A stretch of 64,000 bases of DNA from an uncultured Candidatus Saccharibacteria bacterium (GTDB taxonomy: Bacteria; Patescibacteriota; Minisyncoccia; Phycocordibacterales; UBA12445), in NCBI GenBank assembly GCA_964649715.1, contig CAZYTH010000002.1, positions 2,248 to 66,247 on the forward strand, read 5' to 3'. The notes below the pieces were generated by a model. The model made no database searches and was not told where the DNA came from. It worked only from the letters and a program-made list of their open reading frames with translations. This document shows positions 47,922 through 57,533 of the stretch, piece after piece. How positions within the stretch are numbered: the first letter of the stretch is position 1; every line of letters starts with the position of its first letter. The translations under genes and the position numbers were made by a program.

Positions 47922-48689
47922 ATGGATCACAAATCTTCTTTTAATAATACTTCGTGGGGTGGTGTTGCTGGTTGGTACGACGACCTACTGAAAGAAACTT
48001 CTAATTATCAAAAAGATGTTATTCTGCCGAATTTGCTTCGTCTTCTTGATATAAGAGGAGGAGAAAAAATTTTGGATCTTGCCTGTGGACAAGGTTTTTT
48101 CTCTGGCGAGTTTAAAAAAGCGGGAGCCTTGGTTACTGGTGTTGATATTTCCGCTGAACTTATTGAGATAGCTCGAAAAAATAATAAAGATATTGAGTTT
48201 TTTGTTTCATCTGCAGATGATTTGAAATTTATTAAAGAAAAAAGCCAAGACAAGGTTGTCGCTGTTTTGGCGATACAAAATATTCAGAATATCAACTCGG
48301 TGTTTAAGGAGGTAGAAAGAATTTTAGTATCAGATGGAAAATTTTATCTTATTCTCAATCACCCCGCATTCAGGGCGCCCAAGGCGACTTCGTGGTTATA
48401 CGATAACAATAAGGAAATTCAGTACAGGAGGGTTGATTCGTATATGTCAGAATCAAAGACCGAAATAGACATGACCCCGGGTGTTGAGATGGATAAAAAA
48501 TTCACAGTTTCTTTTCATAGACCGATACAATTTTATTTTAAGTCATTAAAAAATAACGGTTTTTGCATTACCAATCTTGAGGAATGGTTGTCGCACAAAA
48601 TTAGCCAGCCCGGCCTGAGAAAGAAGGCTGAAGATCGAGCCAGAAAAGAGTTTCCGATGTTTATGATGATAGAGGCGAAGAAAGTATAA
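47922..48689 (+). CDS. class I SAM-dependent methyltransferase
   Basis: ILDLACGQGFFSGEF motif I. Confidence 0.55.
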   Translation: MDHKSSFNNTSWGGVAGWYDDLLKETSNYQKDVILPNLLRLLDIRGGEKILDLACGQGFFSGEFKKAGALVTGVDISAELIEIARKNNKDIEFFVSSADDLKFIKEKSQDKVVAVLAIQNIQNINSVFKEVERILVSDGKFYLILNHPAFRAPKATSWLYDNNKEIQYRRVDSYMSESKTEIDMTPGVEMDKKFTVSFHRPIQFYFKSLKNNGFCITNLEEWLSHKISQPGLRKKAEDRARKEFPMFMMIEAKKV

Positions 48690-48734
48690 GGCGTGAAATA
48701 CTTACGAATTATTAGCAGAAAGTTGAATATTTAA

Positions 48735-49103
48735 ATGGACAAAAATATTAAGATTAATGCTAAGGTTTTTTATTTGCCGACAAGTAGAAGGCCAAAAAGT
48801 CTTGGCCCTGTCCCTTTGGGTATAAAAGAATATTGGCACGTTGGTATTCTTTACAACAACAAGGTTTATGAAAATTTTAGTGCCGGTAAGTATTTGGTTT
48901 CGGATGAGGCCAAAAGGAGACCTGAATTAGAAGAAATGGGTGCTGAGTGGCAAGATGTATTTTTGAAAGAGCCTGATGGTCTTGATAACTTTTTGAAAGA
49001 TGGATTGCCTTGCGATAATTATGTTGAAAAGGTTTTGGGGTTAACACTTACGGGTGGGAAAGCAGTTGTAAAAAGGAATTTAACCTTAGAGACAAGTAAG
49101 TAA
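48735..49103 (+). CDS. hypothetical protein
   Basis: 122-aa ORF; no domain recognised. Confidence 0.3.
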   Translation: MDKNIKINAKVFYLPTSRRPKSLGPVPLGIKEYWHVGILYNNKVYENFSAGKYLVSDEAKRRPELEEMGAEWQDVFLKEPDGLDNFLKDGLPCDNYVEKVLGLTLTGGKAVVKRNLTLETSK

Positions 49104-49138
49104 TCGATAGTAGTAAATTATAAGTTGTAAATTAAGAA

Positions 49139-49363
49139 TTGAAGATTTATATAAAAACAAAACCACAGGCAAGAGAAGCAAAAGTTGAAAAAATAGATGA
49201 AACCCACTTTATTGTGTCTGTAAAAGAGGTACCCGAAAAAGGGAAGGCAAACGAGGGGGTAAGGAGGATGCTTGCTGAATACTTCGGTGTTCCAAAGAGT
49301 AGTGTGAACATACTCGCAGGGCATACAGCACGCAATAAAATTGTGCAAGTTGTACAGTTATAA
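49139..49363 (+). CDS. DUF167 (YggU/UPF0235) family protein
   Basis: GKANEGVRRMLAEYFGVPKSSVNILAGHTARNKIVQV matches the DUF167 C-terminal pattern. Confidence 0.5.
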   Translation: MKIYIKTKPQAREAKVEKIDETHFIVSVKEVPEKGKANEGVRRMLAEYFGVPKSSVNILAGHTARNKIVQVVQL

Positions 49364-49444
49364 TTTGTTGTCATTTTCACCTTCGCGGTAATGACAACAA
49401 CACATTCAGCTGATTTATCTTAATGAATTTGTTATAATATTTTT

Positions 49445-50413
49445 ATGTCTAAAATTCGTGTCGCAGTTTTGCGTGGTGGTCCAAGTTCTGAATATGACGT
49501 TTCTCTTGTTACGGGCGGGAGTGTTTTAAAAGCACTACAGAACAAATATCATACAAAAGATATTCTTATAGACAAGCAAGGAGTGTGGCATATGGATGGC
49601 CTGCCTGTTCATCCGGAAAAGGTCTGTAGGGGTGTTGATGTGGTATTTAACGCAATGCATGGTGAATTTGGAGAAGATGGAAAAGTTCAACAAATTTTAA
49701 ACAATTTTTCAGTTCCCTATACAGGGTCGGAAGCCTTTCCTTCGGCTCTTGCTATGAATAAAGTTTTATCAAAGGAAGCGTTTAGAAGAAATAGTATAAA
49801 AACTCCCCTGCATGTTGTTTTTGGACAAGAGCATAGTCCTTCTGTCATATCAAATTTGGTTTTTAGGAAGATATCCCCTCCGTGGGTAATAAAGCCAGCA
49901 AACGGCGGTTCTTCGGTTGGAACGTCTTTGGCTAGAAGTTTAAAAGAATTAGAGAGGGGGATTATGAATGCTTTTGGTTTTGGAGAAAAAGTTTTGGTAG
50001 AGGAATATATTGCGGGTAAAGAGGCGACTTGTGGAGTCATAGATCATTTTAGGGGTCAAGAACATTACTCTCTTTTTCCCATAGAAATAATCAAACCCAA
50101 AGAAAGAGATTTTTTTGATTATGAGTGTAAATATGATGGAAGTACAAGGGAAATATGCCCGGGAAATTTTACAAAAGAAACAAAGAAAGAAATACAGAGA
50201 TTGGCTACTTTAATCCACAAAAAACTTGGTCTTCGTCATTATTCGAGATCAGATTTTATTATCCATCCAAAAAGAGGAATATTCGCGCTTGAGGTGAACA
50301 CTCTCCCGGGTCTTACTCCCGAATCACTTTTTCCAAAAGCGATAAAGGCTGTTGGAAGTAGCTATGAAGAATTTCTTGAACATTTAATAGGCCTTGCTTT
50401 AAAGGGCAATTGA
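49445..50413 (+). CDS. ddl: D-alanine--D-alanine ligase
   Basis: IRVAVLRGGPSSEYDVSLVTG N-domain and ATP-grasp central and C-terminal regions. Confidence 0.8.
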   Translation: MSKIRVAVLRGGPSSEYDVSLVTGGSVLKALQNKYHTKDILIDKQGVWHMDGLPVHPEKVCRGVDVVFNAMHGEFGEDGKVQQILNNFSVPYTGSEAFPSALAMNKVLSKEAFRRNSIKTPLHVVFGQEHSPSVISNLVFRKISPPWVIKPANGGSSVGTSLARSLKELERGIMNAFGFGEKVLVEEYIAGKEATCGVIDHFRGQEHYSLFPIEIIKPKERDFFDYECKYDGSTREICPGNFTKETKKEIQRLATLIHKKLGLRHYSRSDFIIHPKRGIFALEVNTLPGLTPESLFPKAIKAVGSSYEEFLEHLIGLALKGN

Positions 50414-50460
50414 TGTTACCTTAATTTGTAATTCGTAATTTTTAATTGGTAATTAATTCT

Positions 50461-50533
50461 GGGCCGTTAGCTCATCTGGTAGAGCACCACATTTGCAATG
50501 TGGGGGTGGCAGGTTCGAGTCCTGTACGGTCCA
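50461..50533 (+). tRNA. tRNA-Ala (anticodon UGC), no encoded CCA
   Basis: Cloverleaf with G3:U70 wobble in the acceptor stem (the Ala identity element); ttTGCaa anticodon loop. Confidence 0.85.
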
Positions 50534-50865
50534 CAAAATAACCACACAAATGAGAAGCATTTGTGTGGTTATATTTTTTGCGACCGTACAGGACTCGAAG
50601 CCCGATTGAGATATTTTTGGAGTTTACGAACAAAAATATCCAATTGGGTTGAAATGCGAAGAGTTGTAGTATTTCAAAGACGGAGCGATCGAATGTGAGT
50701 GAGTCGGGGTCGCGGAAATTTTGCATAGCAAAATTATCTGTGACACTGACCTCGTGGAGGTCGAGTCCAAGACGATATCGCTTGCTCAAATGCAGTTTAC
50801 CTGTCTATTTGTAAAGCACAGATTGTTTGTGGTAGAATTGAAATATTATCCTTATTAAAAAAATT

Positions 50866-51930
50866 ATGTCTATTCCCGAACTTTTGAATTATTTAAACTA
50901 TTTAATTGGTGTTGTTTTTTTAGTTTTTATTTTAGCAAACGCATATATACTTTATAGAACTGAATATTATTCACCGAAGGAGAAGAAAAGATGGATTTTA
51001 ATGTTTATAACGATATTCATCCTGTCTTTTTTTACTAAGGGCAATAATCTATTCAATGGTATTTTTGAGTTTTTGGATTTGTTTGGTCTAATGTTTATTC
51101 TTCCGATTTTGTTTTCTGCGAAAGTGGTTTCCATTCTCTATCACAGTTCTGATGATTTTAATTTGAATGAGAATGTGGAAAAACAACGAGCAAGGAAAAA
51201 AGACCTCTTTTCTGTTTATTTATTTATACTCATGTTGTTTTTTGTTCCCACTTATAATAGTGGTGGTAGTGTTACTGCGGGTAATTGTTTTTATTCTTAC
51301 CAAATAAGATGTAGTGGATTAACCTTGCCAGGAATTTTTGATAGCCCATTATGTATTGGCTTTATTGTAAGCAGTTCATATGGTGAGTCTAAAAATTGCG
51401 ATATAACGATACCCGAGTTGATGCCGATACCAACGATACTAAATGAATCCCTAAAACCAGGTGGTACTTCGGAAGATAAAAATCCAGATAATACTGTTGT
51501 TGATATTTCTAATTGGCAAACTTATAAAAACGATAAATTTGGTTTTGAGTTTAGATACCCAAACAACATGAAGATTGTTTTTGATGATATTAAGATGATC
51601 TATTCTGGTGGAAATGCTTGGTACAGACTACAAATAATGGATGGTGATTCTAATCAAAAACCTTTCTTATCTTTTGAAATTGATGCAGACGGTTATGGCC
51701 CACTGTCTATTCAAAAAAGATTTACACTAAAAGAATTGGACATCGGAGGATTTGTTGTTAATTCAATTGAAACAATAGAAGATGTGACTAGTATTGATAA
51801 TGATATGTGGATAGATTCCCACTACGCTAAAAATAATAAAAATTATTGGTGGCAGTTTGAATTTCAATCGGGTAACATAGATTATGATCTTATTTTTAGA
51901 GAAATATTGAAGTCTTTTAAAATTAAATAA
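50866..51930 (+). CDS. hypothetical membrane-anchored protein with Cys-rich extracytoplasmic domain
   Basis: Three TM helices then soluble domain. Confidence 0.35.
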   Translation: MSIPELLNYLNYLIGVVFLVFILANAYILYRTEYYSPKEKKRWILMFITIFILSFFTKGNNLFNGIFEFLDLFGLMFILPILFSAKVVSILYHSSDDFNLNENVEKQRARKKDLFSVYLFILMLFFVPTYNSGGSVTAGNCFYSYQIRCSGLTLPGIFDSPLCIGFIVSSSYGESKNCDITIPELMPIPTILNESLKPGGTSEDKNPDNTVVDISNWQTYKNDKFGFEFRYPNNMKIVFDDIKMIYSGGNAWYRLQIMDGDSNQKPFLSFEIDADGYGPLSIQKRFTLKELDIGGFVVNSIETIEDVTSIDNDMWIDSHYAKNNKNYWWQFEFQSGNIDYDLIFREILKSFKIK

Positions 51931-51946
51931 AAATTTTATTTTTCTT

Positions 51947-52159
51947 TTAAAATCTCCACCAAATACTCAACACTCCCTCGATAAATCTCTTCTTAATTAT
52001 CTTTATCCACTTTCGCGAAGAAACATCTTTCCGTTTTTTAATGCTAGATGATCTGCAATTTTTACAATACCACCTAGTTTTTCCTTTTTTGGTTTTGCCG
52101 TGTTTCCACATTGGTTTTTTGCACGACAAACAGAGTTTTTTGTGATGATTAAGGTTCAT
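51947..52159 (-). pseudogene. IS1595/ISXO2-type transposase N-terminal zinc-ribbon fragment (DDE domain absent)
   Basis: CLSCKKPMWKHGKTKKGKTRWYCKNCR pattern of the Zn_Tnp_IS1595 domain. Only 70 aa, with no DDE-encoding sequence adjacent. Confidence 0.35.
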
Positions 52160-52272
52160 GGAGCTTAATCATACACAAAAATAGAAAAACCCCCTTGAAT
52201 CTCAAGGGGTTTTCGGAAACGGAACTAACACTTTTTCTGTATTAACTCAATTTAGCAGAAGGGAAAGGGAAT

Positions 52273-52572
52273 GTGAGGATTGATTTCTATATTTTTGGTT
52301 CTTTGGTCGAGTCATCTGGTTGGAATGGTAAATGGACACTTCATTTAGATTGCCCCGCCGGTGTTACGAGTTCCGATGGTCCTTATATAAAATGCAACGA
52401 AACGGTTGATGGACAGCGTTGGTCTGATTTTACAAATCCTGGTGGATGGCTTAAAAACGCGACAGACAAAACAGCAGAAGTGCGGGCTACTGCTAAGCTT
52501 ATTGGAGAGTCGGGTGCCGAATTACTCGCAACTGATGAAGCGATAATAGTTGTCCCTCCAGCTCAAAATTAA
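52273..52572 (+). CDS. hypothetical protein
   Basis: 99-aa ORF. Confidence 0.25.
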   Translation: MRIDFYIFGSLVESSGWNGKWTLHLDCPAGVTSSDGPYIKCNETVDGQRWSDFTNPGGWLKNATDKTAEVRATAKLIGESGAELLATDEAIIVVPPAQN

Positions 52573-52647
52573 CCCTTTTTAAATAAGACTCGGGATAATT
52601 AATTAATTTTATCCATCGCTACGAGTATTGCTGATTTTTAATAAAAT

Positions 52648-53040
52648 CTAACCAGCCATCTTCTTATTGTGAGATGGTTTGTGTGCGCGAATCCCATCTT
52701 CGTCAAAGCCCAGATGGTGTCCGACCTCATGATAAACAACTTCAAAAATAATTTGTTTGATTTTTTCTGGTTTATTTTCAGCAATTAATTCAATTGGTTG
52801 TTGGAAAATTGTTATCTTGTCTGGCAAGACTCCAAAATACCCGGAACCGCGATTAAGCTTCGAGACCCCTTCATATAAACCAAGTAATAATTCACCTTTT
52901 TTAATACCAATTTCGTCTGCTTTTACTTCACGAACCTCTGGCTCAACGAAAAAAGCCACATTCTTCATAGCCGTTTGACCAGCGGGAGGTAGTGCTGAAA
53001 TTGCATTAGAAACTAATTGTTCAAATTCACGCTGTTTCAT
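52648..53040 (-). CDS. zincin-like metallopeptidase family protein (DUF1025-type)
   Basis: C-terminal VVYHEVGHHLGFDEDGI HExxH motif; about 130 aa, as in PF06262-type proteins. Confidence 0.5.
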   Translation of the reverse strand: MKQREFEQLVSNAISALPPAGQTAMKNVAFFVEPEVREVKADEIGIKKGELLLGLYEGVSKLNRGSGYFGVLPDKITIFQQPIELIAENKPEKIKQIIFEVVYHEVGHHLGFDEDGIRAHKPSHNKKMAG

Positions 53041-53142
53041 TTCTTACATTTTACCAACAAAAAGATTTATTGGCTATTTTTTTGCAATATTCTTGAAATC
53101 ATTGTCCAACATCTTTTTAAAAGTTATCCACAGCTAAATTAG

Positions 53143-53171
53143 CTTGATTTTTTTTATCACTACTTTATAAT
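53143..53171 (+). promoter_or_regulatory. sigma70-like promoter TTGATT-N17-TATAAT driving ncRNA copy 2
   Basis: -35 at 53143-53148, -10 at 53166-53171. Confidence 0.45.
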
Positions 53172-53177
53172 TATGAA

Positions 53178-53296
53178 TAGATTGATGGTTTGATAGGTTG
53201 TGTCGTGAGACACAGTCACTCGGTTGCAACAGACCGATAGAATCATTTTATCTCGTCGAGAAGTTCCGGGTCAAACCGGGGCTTTTTGATTTTTGG
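53178..53296 (+). ncRNA. candidate small RNA, copy 2 of the family at 21011-21124
   Basis: Same conserved 5' and central blocks. Hairpin tgtgtc-GTGA-gacaca versus ttaggtc-GTGA-gacataa in copy 1. Own terminator ccgggtcaaaccgggg plus T run. Confidence 0.5.
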
Positions 53297-53448
53297 ATAG
53301 AATCTACGAAATTAACCACATTATAAAAAATAGAAATTGAAATATTAATACATCTTTACTATCTCGATGCTTACATATTTTTTTTGTATTTTTATGATAT
53401 ACATGACAGGATAATTTAAGGGATTATTAAGTAAAGAATTTAAAATTC

Positions 53449-53994
53449 ATGAATAACAAAAAATACGAAGATTTAGGGGTTTTAACTCCGGAGATTTTAT
53501 TACCAAAAAAGGAAATTGATCTTAATACAACAAGGGGCAGGCTTTTTTCTAGTCTCTTTGCGTTTGTTGGAGTAATAATATTTATTTTTGGTGTTTATGA
53601 TTATAAAAACGCTCAAGCCAGTAAAGATTGGCCGTTTGTCGAAGGCAAAATAGTTTCCTCCGCCGTATACAAGTCATATAGTAATAAAAAATACATGTAT
53701 GAAGCAAAGATATCTTTTACGTATTATTTAAATAACACCCCACACACTGGAAACAAGGTATCTTTTAATGATTACAAGGCATCTTATTCATCTCGTGCCG
53801 AAGACGTTGTAAGTAGGTATCCCCAAGGAAGTGTTGTTCGTGTTTATTATAATCCCCAAAATCCAAACGAGTCCGTACTTGAGCCCGGATTAGGTTTTGG
53901 AAGTTTTTTTATAGTTATTGTGGGAGTAATCTTTGCATTTATTGGAACAACCCTGCTGTTTTTTCCTAATATATTTCCAATGTCAAATGCATAA
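53449..53994 (+). CDS. DUF3592 family membrane protein
   Basis: Two TM helices flanking a beta-rich domain (GKIVSS..YKSYS..YYNPQNP). Confidence 0.45.
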   Translation: MNNKKYEDLGVLTPEILLPKKEIDLNTTRGRLFSSLFAFVGVIIFIFGVYDYKNAQASKDWPFVEGKIVSSAVYKSYSNKKYMYEAKISFTYYLNNTPHTGNKVSFNDYKASYSSRAEDVVSRYPQGSVVRVYYNPQNPNESVLEPGLGFGSFFIVIVGVIFAFIGTTLLFFPNIFPMSNA

Positions 53995-54213
53995 AGAAAG
54001 AGTTATTCCTCTTAAAATCCCCGTCAGACAATCACGCTACCTAGTAAATCTGTTCCAAAAGTTAACCCCCTGGTCCACAAATCTTTCCATCAAGACAAAA
54101 CCATTTAATCAACAATCTTAATTATCGCTCATTGCTTTTTGTTGCCTGTTCTTGCTATACTGTTACCAAAATAGTTATTAATAGTTGAGGAATTAAGGAG
54201 AATAAATATAAAA

Positions 54214-54924
54214 ATGGAGAATGAAAATAAGCCAGAAGTAAATAATGAAGTCACAAGGAGCAGTAATTTGCCGATGGTGTTGTTTGTAGTGTTGCTATTG
54301 TTAACAGTTGGTTACTTTTTTATTAACAGTGACAAAAAGATAGATGGTGTGGCAGAGGTTAACGGAGTTTCAATTTCTTCGATAGATTATGATACACAGT
54401 TAAATTTTGTGTTGGAATCTTATAAGGGACAGGGTGATCTTGTAAATGAAGACAATCTTTTGAGAATTAGAAAAGAGGTTTTAGATAATCTTATAAATGC
54501 TGAATTATTATCTCAAAACGCGATTGCGTCTGGGGTGGAGGTAGACACAGAAGATGTGGAAAAACAATTCGAATTAATTTTAACGCAAGCAGGAGGTTCA
54601 GAGAATTTTGCTTCTGAACTTGCTAAAAATAATTTAACAGAAGAACAGGTTAGAAATAATATAATCAAACAATTTACAATCGATAAATATGTATTGCAGA
54701 ACATTAATTTGGACTCAGTGGTGGTTGATGAAGAAGAAATAAAGCAGTTTTATTCAGAATATGTTAAAGCACAAGAGGGTATTAGACACGAAGATCTTCC
54801 AGAAATAGAGGAAGTGAAGGAACAGATAAGGCAAGAAATATTAAACAACAAAAAACAAAATTTGCTTTTTGAATTTATTGGCTCGCTTAGAGAAAAAGCA
54901 AAGATTGAGATAGCAGGTGTTTAA
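54214..54924 (+). CDS. SurA N-terminal-domain-like periplasmic chaperone (no PPIase domain)
   Basis: N-terminal TM anchor and VNGVSISSIDYDTQLNFVLESYKGQ, typical of SurA_N/PpiD-like chaperone domains. Confidence 0.45.
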   Translation: MENENKPEVNNEVTRSSNLPMVLFVVLLLLTVGYFFINSDKKIDGVAEVNGVSISSIDYDTQLNFVLESYKGQGDLVNEDNLLRIRKEVLDNLINAELLSQNAIASGVEVDTEDVEKQFELILTQAGGSENFASELAKNNLTEEQVRNNIIKQFTIDKYVLQNINLDSVVVDEEEIKQFYSEYVKAQEGIRHEDLPEIEEVKEQIRQEILNNKKQNLLFEFIGSLREKAKIEIAGV

Positions 54925-55029
54925 TCGGTATTGTTTTTTAAAAAAGCCCGAATTATTTCGGGCTTTTTTAACAAGATTTAAATATGTTTAGTTTTTGAGA
55001 TAAATTTTTAAAGTGCTAATATTTATAGA

Positions 55030-56130
55030 ATGAATAGGTTGGTGCGAATAAATATTTTTTATGAAAGATATGAAAGCAAACTCTCATCTTTTTCTCTTTT
55101 GGCAGGTTTTTTGTTTGATATTTTTGTGTTGAATAGGATAGATCAACCGGCTGAAAATTTTTGGATTATTTGCCACATACTAATTGCCGTGTTTGGAATA
55201 TTTTTACTTAACAGGAAAGGAGGGTCTGCGCTGAGTTTTGAATCGTCGCTTTTTAATTACTATCATTGGCTTCTTTTAACTGTTCAATTTGCTTTTGGCG
55301 GAATTTTGAGCACCTTTTTAGTTTTTTATTTTAGAAGCGGAACTGTTTCAGAGAGTTGGCCGTTTCTTTTTATACTATCACTTGCTTTTGTTTTTAATGA
55401 AATTTTCAAGAAAAATTATTCGCAACTTACTTTTCAGGTGGGTTATTTATTTTTATCAGTTTTTGCTTTTGCAATCTATATAGTACCGATATTTTTTGAA
55501 AGAATGGGACCCGATGTTTTTATTTTTAGTGGTCTTTTGAGCCTGTTCTTTATTCTTTTATTTATTCTCTTTCTGTCTTTCGTCTCAAGGGAAGATATAT
55601 CTATAAATTGGCAAAAGATAAATTATAGTGTTTTTGGAATATATGCCCTGGTAAATTTATTCTACTTTGCGAATATTATTCCTCCAATACCTCTTTCTTT
55701 GAAAGATGTCGGTGTGTATCATAATATAAAAAAGGGTACTGATGGAAGCTATAATGTTTCGTATTTAGAAGGTGAAGGAAGGGCTTTTTTGAGTCGTCGG
55801 AATATCTTTTTCTACAACGAAGGAACGCCTGTCTATGTTTATAGCGCTATTTTTTCTCCAACGAAATTAAATACGATTATAATTCATGAGTGGCAAAATT
55901 ATAATAAAGAAGATGGCTTTTGGTTTACGATAAATGAAATAAGTTTGCCAATATATGGAGGGAGAGAATACGGCTACAGAACATATTCTTTATCAGAAAG
56001 AACTTTTCCAGGGATATGGAGGGTTAATGTAAAAACTTTAGACGGAAAAGTTATTGGTAGATTTAATTTTGAGATAGTCATTCCTTACCGTCTTGAAAAG
56101 ATATTTTTGTCAGAAACTAAAAATAATTAA
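55030..56130 (+). CDS. hypothetical polytopic membrane protein with C-terminal soluble domain
   Basis: Six or seven TM helices. Confidence 0.35.
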   Translation: MNRLVRINIFYERYESKLSSFSLLAGFLFDIFVLNRIDQPAENFWIICHILIAVFGIFLLNRKGGSALSFESSLFNYYHWLLLTVQFAFGGILSTFLVFYFRSGTVSESWPFLFILSLAFVFNEIFKKNYSQLTFQVGYLFLSVFAFAIYIVPIFFERMGPDVFIFSGLLSLFFILLFILFLSFVSREDISINWQKINYSVFGIYALVNLFYFANIIPPIPLSLKDVGVYHNIKKGTDGSYNVSYLEGEGRAFLSRRNIFFYNEGTPVYVYSAIFSPTKLNTIIIHEWQNYNKEDGFWFTINEISLPIYGGREYGYRTYSLSERTFPGIWRVNVKTLDGKVIGRFNFEIVIPYRLEKIFLSETKNN

Positions 56131-56310
56131 TCCTTACTTTTTAGTTTTGGCTTGTGTTGTGATTCATGGTATTGGTATTGAAAAAGGAATATGGGCAAGT
56201 GGCTTGAGTGTTTTTGCGTTTTATATATTTGACATTGGAGATTTGAAATAAAGTAGAGTAAACAACAAAAAACACCTCGGATAAATTACCGAGGCGTTTT
56301 TTATTTTTGT

Positions 56311-56508
56311 CTACTCCACTTTTCCAAGTGCAGGTATTCTTATTACGGCAGATATACCAACCAAGATGTAAACAATATTTTCTACCATTGGCCATGAACC
56401 AAAAAGGAGGTTTACAAGATTCCAATTTCCACCCATTAAGTTTCCTAGTCCGAATAGCCCCCAGTTGAGAGCCCCGACAATGACCAATACAAAAGCTAAT
56501 TTTTGCAT
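56311..56508 (-). CDS. DUF378 family small membrane protein
   Basis: LAFVLVIVGALNWGLFGL...LVNLLFG is the DUF378 signature. Confidence 0.5.
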   Translation of the reverse strand: MQKLAFVLVIVGALNWGLFGLGNLMGGNWNLVNLLFGSWPMVENIVYILVGISAVIRIPALGKVE

Positions 56509-56617
56509 TTCTTTATTTTTTTAAATGAATATAAAATCGACCAGATTTATTTGTGCTATTCTGATGTGAATTATAACTTTTATTTTATAAAAATTAAAAA
56601 TAGTTATCCACAGATAA

Positions 56618-57427
56618 TTAAAGATGGTTTGTGATTCGAGTGGGTGTATTTCTTTCCGCCTCAAGGACTATCTTTTCCATTATTTCAATAGTTTCAATCG
56701 GATATTTTCCAATAGCCGATTCTTCGGAAAGCATTACAGCATCTGCTCCTTGTATTATTGCATTGGCAACATCAGACACCTCGGCCCTTGTAGGCGTCGG
56801 AGAGTTAACCATCGAGAGCATCATTTGAGTCGCCACTATTACGGGCTTCTTGGATAAGTTGCACTTCTTTATTATGTTTGCCTGAATGAATGGTATTTTT
56901 TCTATTGGCACTGAGTTTCCAAGATCTCCTCTGGCCACCATTATTGCATCGCTTGATTCTATTATGCTGTCTATTTTTTCAAGTGCCTCCAGTCTTTCTA
57001 TTTTTGCAATTACAGGTCTTTCCTTTCCCATTTCTTTCATTAATGCTTTTAATTCAATTATATCCTGGGCTTTTTCAACAAAAGACATTGCGACATAGTC
57101 GATATCGTGTTCTAGGCCAAAATACAGATCCCTTTTATCTTTTTCGGTTATTATACTTAAGGAATTTTTGTCTAGTCCGTGACCCTCTGAGGTTGTTTCT
57201 CTTGGTCCTGATAGGTCTTGGATGATTGGTATTTTTTTATCATAGACAGAAGATGCTTCCTTTATATTTTTTATGTGTTCCGCGTGGTCGGCATATTCTC
57301 CGTGAGAAAAATTAAGCCTAACGACATCCATTTGCTTCTCTATCATTTTTTTTAGTATCTCAATATCTCGAGTGGACGGACCTAACGTTGCAATTATTTG
57401 GGATCTTGAACAATCTAATTTGAACAT
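56618..57427 (-). CDS. pyk: pyruvate kinase-like TIM-barrel protein lacking B (lid) and C-terminal domains
   Basis: [10 protein letters not shown]...[31 protein letters not shown]...[10 protein letters not shown] and [21 protein letters not shown]. Only 269 aa. Confidence 0.55.
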   Translation of the reverse strand: MFKLDCSRSQIIATLGPSTRDIEILKKMIEKQMDVVRLNFSHGEYADHAEHIKNIKEASSVYDKKIPIIQDLSGPRETTSEGHGLDKNSLSIITEKDKRDLYFGLEHDIDYVAMSFVEKAQDIIELKALMKEMGKERPVIAKIERLEALEKIDSIIESSDAIMVARGDLGNSVPIEKIPFIQANIIKKCNLSKKPVIVATQMMLSMVNSPTPTRAEVSDVANAIIQGADAVMLSEESAIGKYPIETIEIMEKIVLEAERNTPTRITNHL

Positions 57428-57533
57428 TTTTTTATTTTTTAGCTTAGTAAAATATTATTTTATATATAAATTTTTTATTTTTTGATTATTTTATTAAAAA
57501 TAAAAAATGGAGACCTTGGTCTCCATTTTAACA

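Noticed and set aside
50472-50789. ORFs overlapping tRNA-Ala on both strands.
   Set aside because: They run through the tRNA and its inverted 3' copy, so they are spurious.
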